A stretch of 64,000 nucleotides of DNA from Octopus vulgaris (Eukaryota): NCBI GenBank assembly GCA_951406725.2, contig OX597819.1, forward strand, positions 79,112,001 through 79,176,000, in the 5' to 3' direction. Position numbers and translations under genes: made by a program. The notes beneath the pieces are model-generated. The model was not told where the DNA came from, ran no database searches, and worked only from the letters and a program-made list of their open reading frames with translations. Positions within the stretch are counted from its first letter, which is position 1. Each line of letters opens with the position of its first letter. Positions 55,344 to 64,000 of the stretch are shown here, piece after piece.

Positions 55344-55697
55344 TCTCCTGATATATTAATAAGCGTAGTGTTTTTATATATTTGTATATATGTATTTCGC
55401 CAGAATCACGCCGGACGCGGGGAAGGAGAGAAAATAGTAATTCAGCGAAGGAGAAGTAGTGAGAGTAATAGCCCTGACTGAGAGGGAGGGTGAGAAAGTA
55501 AGAGCAATGAGAGAAAGGAAGGGGTGTAAAAAATCAGTTTCAACTCTGTGTGAGTATATGTGTATCTGTTTGTTCGTGTACAGGGGAGTATGTGAGTGTT
55601 TGTATGTGTGACTCTTGTTATGCACCTTATTTAGTACCTTATTTATATATAAAATACTACAATTAACCGTCATTGTTGACGGCACGTGGTCAGCTAG
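55344..55697 (+). mobile_element. Short non-autonomous Helitron
   Basis: 3' hairpin CCGTCA-TTGT-TGACGG at 55667-55682, then CTAG|T at 55694-55697. Putative 5' end A|TCTCCTGATATATTAATAAG is less certain. Confidence 0.6.
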
Positions 55698-55699
55698 TA

Positions 55700-55988
55700 T
55701 ATAAATAATAAGGGTAGCTAATTTTCAATTTTACAACCTGGCTTTAGGTTGTAAAATAGCGAATTAGCCACCCATATTTATAATTCTCACTTTACCGTTT
55801 ATGAAATCAGCATATTATTTCAACGGAGATCTTATAAGCTGACATGACGAGATGAGTTTAATCCTAGGCGCAGTGAGAGCTACCGATGAGCATTTAGAAG
55901 CGTTAGGCATCAGAATGCCAGATTATCGGTGATCTAGCTCTAACTCCAACCGTAAGGGGACTTGTCTCCCTTGTCAGCTCATTAAGAT
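55700..55988. repeat. Two adjacent imperfect palindromes
   Basis: 55700-55782 (GGGTAGCTAATT..TTTTACAACCT / AGGTTGTAAAA..AATTAGCCACCC) and 55829-55988 (ATCTTA..AGCTGACA / TGTCAGCT..TAAGAT). Confidence 0.65.
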
Positions 55989-56106
55989 AGTGCTTTTTTG
56001 TGGCAATTGATTTGTTTTGACTCTTATTTCTAGCAATACGGGTGCTGATTAGTGCCCTTGTTCACTTTAGTGACGTATACATCCATCCATCCATCCATCC
56101 ATCCAT

Positions 56107-56142
<36 letters not shown>

Positions 56143-57100
56143 GGTAAGAGGAGGGACATAATATCCAGGCAGGTACCGAATTTCTCTATGTAAAATGTCA
56201 AGGCTGGTTCCTTCAGATGGTAAGTTTTGTGGTAAAATTTCTTTTAACTTCCATCCGATGTTACATTTTATTTCTTGGCTACTTAGAGTGTAAAGTACAA
56301 CATTGATAATATGGAGAATGAAGAATTTGAATATGTTTATTCATAATAATTGTCCGACACGTGTTTCGACCGCACTGATTGCATATTGTTGCATATTTAT
56401 ATGCAGCGATTTATGCATTATTAGTACGATCTCTTCAGGTATGAAGAGGAATTTTTCTTCGTCATTAGTTTGAATTAGGCTTGGTAGTAGTAGTAAACCA
56501 TGACATTCATCTATGAGCTGTTTTTCATAACTGATTGTTTGGGTAAAATTCAGCAGCAGCAGCAACACCGGCAGCAAGAGCAGTAGCAGCAGCAGTGTCT
56601 GTTGAAATTGGCAAATTTCCTTGGTTAGTTGGGGAGTACATATACTAAACTGTACTAATATAGGAAAGATCTGTGCATGTATGATCCTGGCAAATTCATG
56701 AAACGTTCTGTATCTTAACGAGCCATATAATAAATGTTTCAAAAGGCATTTTCCAAGGCGATATCCTTTTTGTATTTCTATATATTTTGACACAAAATCT
56801 ACTGATGTCTCTTTTAGAGAAAGCCAGTGTGTATAACCTAGGGACTACAGCAAATCCGAATATACCTCATACTTCTTTGTTAATAATCTTGAAGTCGTGA
56901 TACTAACGTCAATATCAACAACAAGTGTAGCCGTTTTACCGTTCGAAGGTTATGCTTTTGCAAGCCAAGAGATGGCTTACAAAATGTCTGTTTAGCACAA
57001 GTGTTAGAGGAGCCATAAACAACATAAATGTGACCAAAAATATCGATTATGTGATGTATCTTTAGAGAATATTTCATATTGCGATCAACCGATGATGTTA
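56143..57100 (-). mobile_element. Highly decayed PLE 3' region ending in (TA)n
   Basis: Minus remnants LGKCLLKHLLY, YSP/TKEICQ and EKQLIDECH occur in the same order as the C-terminal motifs of the 44950-46480 element, followed by a hammerhead. Confidence 0.5.
56351..56443 (-). ncRNA. Type I hammerhead ribozyme with long stem II loop
   Basis: Minus strand reads CTGAAGA-GATCGTACT...AGTGCGGTC-GAAA-CACGTG-TC-GGACA: 9-bp stem II and palindromic helix III; stem I is degraded. Confidence 0.7.
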
Positions 57101-57239
57101 TCAAGATATTTCCTTCCTACGTGGCTTGACGTCATTGCCAAAGTATTACACAATACTATCGTTAGAAAAGATTGCCTTGGAGCAAATATATATGAATGTA
57201 TTATGCTAAACTGTTAAGTCCGACAGATTTTTTCTGTCA

Positions 57240-57402
57240 CCACTTTTATCTTTCTATCCATTTTTTCCTCTCCTCTCTTTATGTCGAAGAGCGTAGGCTC
57301 GAAATGTAAAAGACTTTTCCATTTTTCTCGAGCGTCAAACTAAGACACCTACATGTTGTTCCCTCACCTGTCTTTGTCTTTTGTTTTCTGTGCATTTAAA
57401 CC
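57240..57402 (+). mobile_element. Short (TA)n-ending element with mutated hammerhead (57276-57313)
   Basis: TCTTT-ATGTCGA-A-GAGC-GTAG-GCTC-GAAA-TG-TA-AAAGA; homologous to 61258-61490. Confidence 0.65.
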
Positions 57403-57419
57403 ATATATGTATATGTATG

Positions 57420-57489
<70 letters not shown>

Positions 57490-57798
57490 TATATACATAT
57501 GCACATACAAATGTACACATACGCTCGATCGACATAACGCGCACGTACACACACACACACACACACACCCATAATATGTACACACTCATACATATATTTA
57601 TGCACACACAGTTGTATATGCATATAAAGCTAATAATCTAAGAGGGGGCAGAAAAAGCGCTTTTCTTGGGAGTGGCGCATTAGTATTAATCCATTCAGAC
57701 TTATGATAGAGACTTGAAGCTGATCAGAAAAAAAAATCATGTAAGACACTTCAGAAATTTAACGTGTAACTTTTCAGAATTATTATTACTTAAATCTA

Positions 57799-58196
57799 AG
57801 GCGGCGAACTGGCAGAATCGTTAGCTCACTAGACGAAATGCTTAGCAGTATTTCGTCTCTCTTTACGTTCTGAGTTCAAATTCCGTCGAGGTCGACTCTG
57901 CTTTTCATCCTTTCGGGGTCGATTAAATAAGTACCAGTTAGGCACTGGGGTCGATATAATCGATATAATCCGTTTGTCTGTCCTTGTTTGTACCCTCTGT
58001 GTTTAGCCCCTTGTGGGTAGTAAAGAAATAGGTTTTTCGTCTGCCGTTACGTTCTGAGTTCAAATTCCGCCGAGGTCGACTTTGCCTTTCATGCTTTCGA
58101 GGTCGATAAATTATGTACCAGTTGCGTATTGGGGGGGGGGGGGTCGATATAATCGACTACCCCCAATTTCAGGCCTTGTACCTATAGTAGAAAGGA
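57799..58196 (+). mobile_element. SINE family A with two modules
   Basis: Head AGGCGGCGAACTGGCAGAATCG, duplicated module, 3' CCTTGTACCTATAGTAGAAAGG(ATT)n. Confidence 0.9.
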
Positions 58197-58729
58197 TTAT
58201 TATTATTTAAATTCAAGACAGTGGATTGGTAGAATCGATAGAGCATCGAGCAAAATCATTTGCAACATTTAATCAACTTCAAATGTCACCGAGGTGGATA
58301 CAGTAAAGCACCAGTCAAATATTTCGGGTCGATTTAATCGACTAAAGATCCTTCTCGGAAATTTGTGACCCTGTGCTATGTTATAAATGGGAATTTTCAT
58401 TTTTTCTTTTTCAAATTTTGGTGCAATTTTGTGGGGAGGTGAGGTTAGTCGATTACAACAACCCCAGCACACAGCTTTATTTTTTTTTTATCCATCACTC
58501 GAAAGGATGAAGGGTAAAGATGACGTCAGTGGTGTTTGAACACAGAGTGTAAAGCGACAAGAAATGCCACCAAGCATTTTGTCCGAAGAACTTAATTTGA
58601 GTTAGACAACTCGTTATTTAGTTGACATAATTTATGCAAAACATAGCGAAAGCATAGAGGAAATGTATTTACATTCTGGTATAGATGATTATCCCTGCTA
58701 AATGCGTTCTGATATTTAGATATATTTTA

Positions 58730-58947
58730 AGGAGGCGAGCGGGCGGAATCGTTAGTACGCCGGGAAAAATGCTGAGTGGCATTTCATCCATCTTTATATT
58801 CTGATTTCAAAATCTGCCGAGATCTTCATTGCTTTTCATCCTTTCGGGGTCGATAAAATAAGTACCAGTTAATTAGTGGGGTTAATGTAATCGAACCTAA
58901 CCCAACCCAACGAAATTGCTGACCTTGTGCCAAAATTTGAAACCAAT
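58730..58947 (+). mobile_element. SINE family A, diverged monomer
   Basis: GGAGGCGAGCGGGCGGAATCGTTAG...TTCATCCTTTCGGGGTCGATAAAATAAGTACCAG. Confidence 0.8.
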
Positions 58948-59164
58948 ATATGAATTAATTCGGGCTTTTTCTCTCATCATGAACAGAAAAAAAAACACAC
59001 AGAACAAACGCACTAGAGCGGAACCCTTGTTTAATTGTCATTACTTACAGCTTTAGTAAATACATTTAGAATGCTTATCTTCATTATCAGATATCACCAA
59101 TTTGTATTGGCTTCTTCTAATTTGTTATTTTACTGCTTCTTTTGTTCTGACAATAAACGTACTA

Positions 59165-59257
<93 letters not shown>

Positions 59258-59332
59258 ACGTGCGTGTGTGTGTCTATATATATTCGGATAAATAGATAGA
59301 TAGGTAGATAGATAAATATGTAGGTACATAGT

Positions 59333-59382
<50 letters not shown>

Positions 59383-59428
59383 TATGCTTATCTGCAATTC
59401 TTTATGTAATTCTCAACCTTCCTCGGTT

Positions 59429-59469
<41 letters not shown>

Positions 59470-60430
59470 GTCTATATTTATTCCTGTTCTGTTTCTCTCT
59501 CTCTCTCTCTCTCTCGGTCTCTCGCTCTCTTAATCTTCTCTCCCTCTTCCCCCACACCCTCTTGTCTCTATTTCTAACGTTAGCCTCGTTTGCAATTTGT
59601 AAAAGAGGCGAGAAATATATGACAAGATGGCAGCAAGTGGTTTTTGATTCATTGGATCTTGACCCGAACGCGGTTGAAATCTGAACAACATGTGTCCAGT
59701 GGACATGTGTAAAGTGACATTATCCAAACGTCTCTGTGGCATGATTCATCGCCGTCCATTACATGAAAGACAGAACGATGGAACACAAAGGCAAAAATAT
59801 TAACTTGCACAACGGCTCACAGCTTCACCTTCGCACGACGTGTCCTAATAAACTCGGATTAAAATATATTGCACAAGATCACACTCCCACAAATACATAA
59901 ACATGTATATGTATGTATGTATGTATGTATATTTATGTTCTGGTGTGTTTGTGTTTGGGTATGTTCCGGGTGTGTGTTAGTGTACGTTATTTGCCGCCGC
60001 CAACGAACGATGTAATATAGCTTATGTCACGATCATTGTGATATCAATAAGCTACGATGAAACACATGTCTATATCGTATCGCCCAACTTTTATCTTCTT
60101 TCAAATCGGAACTATCATTGAACATATGTACGTACATATTTACGTATGTGCGTATGCATGTATTTAAGTGTTTCCATATATGTATCTGCGTCTGTATTTA
60201 AGTCTACGTTTGTGTGTGTATATGCAGGAATGGTTGTATGTATGCATGTATGTATGTATGTATGTGTGTGTGTGTGTGTGTGTTTATTTGTATCCACAGC
60301 TGCGTATGTACCGCATGCATGTATGTAAATATGCTATATGTATGCATGTACGAATGAATCTATCCATGTATGCGACTAGTAAAACAGCAGATATTATGCT
60401 TCAAGATATACTCATAGGTAAAAGTAATTG

Positions 60431-60483
<53 letters not shown>

Positions 60484-60727
60484 ACACCTGCACTCAGAAT
60501 GTTTCCCGTTAAAATGAATCAAAGCTAAGTACCTACATATGCATATATATACACAAATTTGTGCGCGTGTCTATAAATACATACACACACTAAAACACAT
60601 ACGCGCGCGCACAGACATACATACACACATATACATACATATATATATATATGAATTATTTATCCATGTGTCATCGAGTCACATAATTTTCAGCATGAAC
60701 GTACTCTCAGATTTTCTAGATAACAAC

Positions 60728-60830
<103 letters not shown>

Positions 60831-60934
60831 GTCTATCTGTATGTCTGTCTGTCTGTCTGTTTGTCTGTTTGTCTGTCTGTCTGTCTGTCTATCTAATAGT
60901 ATGTGTGTTTGTATGTAACGATGTATATATATAT

Positions 60935-61183
60935 AATTATAATTTAGGGTATCTAAAAGATACCACCATGCTGGAAATAACATCAAAACTTTACTCTAAA
61001 TCCACATTAAATGTTCATACAACACCAACATTTATTTAATGTGGTTTTAGAGTCAAGTTCTGACTGCTATTTCCAGCGTGATGGTATCTCTTAGATACCC
61101 TAAATTATAATTTTAAATAATTATTGCCTTTGAAGCTTTTTATTCCCATGCTGGCCACCTGTATTTAAATATCGATCTTATCC
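60935..61183 (+). mobile_element. Hairpin-plus-tail element in (TA)n, same family as 49101-49346
   Basis: Arms span 60935-61112; tail CCTTTGAAG.TTTTTATTCCCATGCTGGCCAC...ATCGATCTTATCC is shared with the 49 kb copy. Confidence 0.85.
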
Positions 61184-61188
61184 TTATT

Positions 61189-61257
<69 letters not shown>

Positions 61258-61259
<2 letters not shown>

Positions 61260-61490
61260 CGGGAAGCTTTATGAAAATAAACAAAAGACGAAGGCAGGTT
61301 TACGGAAATAAACAAAAGACGAAGGCAGGTGGAATACAAACAAACAATTGTATTAGTATGGCGCTCAGGAATATAAATAAAACAAGTCTTTTACGTTTCG
61401 AGCCTACGCTCTTCAACAGAAAGATACACAGAAAAGAAACACAGAAAGAAGGAGAGGAAAAAAAATGCGTGCAGAGGCTAGCGAATCAAC
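61258..61490 (-). mobile_element. Short (TA)n-ending hammerhead element
   Basis: Homologous to 57240-57402 and 15785-15900, and more distantly to 32779-32986. Has an internal AAATAAACAAAAGACGAAGGCAGGT duplication. Confidence 0.7.
61387..61424 (-). ncRNA. Minimal type I hammerhead with variant core CUGUUGA
   Basis: Minus strand reads TCTTT-CTGTTGA-A-GAGC-GTAG-GCTC-GAAA-CG-TA-AAAGA: all stems are perfect, and A6 is replaced by U. Confidence 0.65.
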
Positions 61491-61902
61491 ATAATATACA
61501 CCCACACACATAAATGCATGTATGTATGTGTGTGTGTCTCAGTTTGTATGTATGTATATTTGCAAATATGAGCCATTATTAATCCAGGCCATGTCTCACG
61601 AAATAGTATCATCTGGAAAAGTCTTTTGAATCATGTTTAGTTTTGGTGCACTCGAATCGGGTATTGTTTTTTGTTGAAATTTATCCGTGTGTTGATAGTT
61701 TGTTCCGTATTTCTTGGTGGAATTTGTCCAGGTAACATTTGAATATTATGAAGTATTTTTCTTCGATTTCTTTCGAGATAATGTTGAATAAGAGATGACC
61801 AGTGCAACAATGTTATGTGATGTGCGTTTAATATCTTTTGTTCTTATGGAGGTTTATGGCATGCAGCCTTGCCACGGGGGATTTGTGAACTTCATGCAAA
61901 CA

Positions 61903-62161
61903 TAGGTTGGACAATGTTTATGGAATAATTATTGCGGCTTTTTTTACAGCAAATTTTATTCAACAAAAACAATAACAATATTTTACAAAAACATCTTTAA
62001 ATCACGGTCTGACCGTCTGCCAAGCAAATGGGAAGCAGTAATTGAAGTAGGTAGTGAATATGCTCCGGAATAATCATTTCAAGATATATTGTTGCATGTG
62101 GTTATTGTCTTTGTTGAAAAAAATTTGTTGGAAAAAAAAGCTGCAATAATTATGTACCAAC

Positions 62162-62165
<4 letters not shown>
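61903..62165 (+). mobile_element. Internally deleted mariner (MITE)
   Basis: Inverted arms ATAATTATTGCGGCTTTTTTT..CAACAAAAACAATAAC / GTTATTGTCTTTGTTG..AAAAGCTGCAATAATTATGTACCAACCCAA. Retains the C-terminal codons LDRLPSKWEAVIEVGSEY. Confidence 0.8.
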
Positions 62166-62231
<66 letters not shown>

Positions 62232-62235
<4 letters not shown>

Positions 62236-62714
62236 CAATTAAGGACAACTACTTAATAAGGAAAACTTAACAAGAAATTGTCAGGTAGATAGCGTAAGAA
62301 CCTCATAAGAGAAAAAATTTCGAAAATAATTATTTCTTATTGAACATATTAATTTATATATAGAGGGCATTATATACATGCCAGAAGGCATTATACATAC
62401 ATGCCAAACGCTAAGAGGGACAATTAGTCATTTCTACCAAAAATATTACTAATCCCACCGAATGCAATTTTTCAAAGTAAGACATTTAAAAAATATAGAC
62501 CTGTATCACAGTGATTTCATACTTACGTACTCAGCCCTGCTGATGAGTACGTAAGTATGAAATCACTGTGATACAGGTCTATATTTTTTAAATGTCTTAC
62601 TTTGAAAAATTGCATTCGGTGGGATTAGTAATATTTTTGGTAGAAATGACTAATTGTCCCTCTTAGCGTTTGGCATGTATGTATAATGCCTTCTGGCATG
62701 TATATAATGCCCTC

Positions 62715-62725
<11 letters not shown>
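62232..62725. mobile_element. Hairpin-plus-tail element: 182-bp arms, hammerhead at the centre
   Basis: Arms 62352-62533 and 62544-62725 appear to be perfect complements with a 10-nt spacer. Tail at 62232-62351; long (TA)n on both sides. Confidence 0.95.
62536..62577 (+). ncRNA. Minimal type I hammerhead ribozyme
   Basis: CCTG-CTGATGA-GTAC-GTAA-GTAT-GAAA-TCAC-T-GTGA-TA-CAGG. Confidence 0.85.
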
Positions 62726-62770
<45 letters not shown>

Positions 62771-62772
<2 letters not shown>

Positions 62773-63302
62773 GACGGAGTATCAGTTATATATTGTGAAA
62801 AATTATATGGTAATGGACAATATGTCCAATTTTCGGCATATTTGGCATTAGAAATTTTTTCGTTTGCCTTTATTTATAAGTTGTTTATAATTTAACCTTG
62901 AAAGGTATTTTTTTCGAAAAAAATTTTATCCTACATTAAATATAAATTTAAGTGTTCACTTCCGGACTCTTTCACTCTGTGAGGGCCTCAGTTCAAATCG
63001 CACGTGTCTTGAATGGGCTGGAGTATTTCTATTTTTTGATGTATTTGGGGTACTTAATTGTGCTCATGACTTAGTGTTTTGCTTCTTCCATAGGTATGAG
63101 TAAGTATCTCATTTATTTCTTTGCCACATTTACCACTGACGAAGGGAGGGTTCTTACGAACTAACCCTGAAATCGGTCCGATATGGTAATAATAGAATTT
63201 TTTAGAAATTTCTGTCGGCTTTTTTTCGAGTAGCGTGCGTATTGTGAAAAAATATATGGTAATGGACAATATGTCCAATTTTCGGCATATCTGGCATTAG
63301 AA

Positions 63303-63306
<4 letters not shown>
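62771..63306 (+). mobile_element. Terminally redundant hammerhead element (retrozyme-like or PLE partial tandem)
   Basis: 67-bp direct repeats at 62791-62857 and 63240-63306 (two mismatches, 449-bp period), a hammerhead between them, and (TA)n flanks. Confidence 0.8.
63130..63189 (+). ncRNA. Type I hammerhead ribozyme
   Basis: TTACCA-CTGACGA-AGGG-AGG-GTTC-TTAC-GAAC-TAA-CCCT-GAAA-TCGG-T-CCGA-TA-TGGTAA: 6-bp stem I, two-part stem II, near-palindromic helix III. Confidence 0.9.
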
Positions 63307-63342
<36 letters not shown>

Positions 63343-63504
63343 ATGAAAATAGATGTGTATATTTGTGTCTGAATTGTTTTCATAAATGCACACATGTAAA
63401 AAGGATACATGCATGTATGCCTGCATATGTATGCACCGGTATCTATATTTCTAAATTTGTAACTAAGAATCTATAGCTGTGTGACCGCGCCTGTTTGTAT
63501 TCTT

Positions 63505-63812
63505 TCATTCTTTTATTCCTTTACCTGTTTCAGTCATGTGACTGCGTCCACGCTGGAGCACCACCGTTTAGTCGAACAAATCAACTCCAGGACTTATTTT
63601 TCTCTAAGCCTGGTACTTATTCTATCGGTCACTTGCCGAACCGCTAGCTTATATAGGTTGTCAAGTGGTGATGGGAGTGGGGACAGACACAGACACACAC
63701 ACGTATATACGACGGGCTTCTATCAGTTTCCGTCTAACAAATCCACTCACAAGGCTAATGTAGAAGACACTTTCCCAAGATGCCGCGTAGTGGGACTGAA
63801 CCCGGAACCATG
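63505..63812 (-). mobile_element. SINE family B, diverged with deletions
   Basis: TTTCAGTCATGTGACTGCG..CTGGAGCACCACC..CAGTTTCCGTCT..GTGGGACTGAACCCGGAACCATG. Confidence 0.8.
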
Positions 63813-64000
63813 CGTGCATTGCTTATGCATTTGTTTGTGCTTGCGAATGAGAATCTATGTGAATGCCATTACAGGTGTTCTTATAAATGATTTTTGAAGT
63901 GAATAGTTCTATTCTCTTGATTAGGAAAAAAATTACACACACAAAAAAAGCATATTCTTGTGATAGCAATCTTTCCACTTCGCTGTCGTGTTGCTGTTGT

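Noticed and set aside
60018-60054. Small hairpin starting TAGCTTAT (miR-21-like seed)
   Set aside because: Too short and bulged for a pre-miRNA, and miR-21 is a vertebrate family.

Overview
This is AT-rich, microsatellite-saturated eukaryotic non-coding DNA, most consistent with a cephalopod (Octopus-type) genome. That assignment is an inference from the SINE families and repeat landscape. I find no credible host protein-coding exon: almost all ORFs in the track are translated microsatellites. Between the microsatellites lie three tRNA-derived SINE families and decayed transposons: mariner, Tc1, hAT/pogo MITEs, Helitrons, R4/Dong-type, RTE and CR1-type LINEs, and three Penelope-like element (PLE) remnants. 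There is also a ~1.47 kb tandem duplication. The most interesting signal is a set of short elements sitting in (TA)n tracts. At least six carry recognisable minimal type I hammerhead ribozymes (32851, 38213, 56351, 61387, 62536, 63130), and two more carry decayed ones. Six elements have an asymmetric 'long hairpin + unpaired tail' structure. One 449-bp-period, terminally redundant hammerhead unit looks like a retrozyme. The hammerhead-PLE link is established in the literature. The local density, the non-canonical CUGUUGA core, the fold-back junction inside a ribozyme core and a tRNA-like promoter in a PLE 3' end are worth testing. Coordinates were read by eye and may be off by a few bases.
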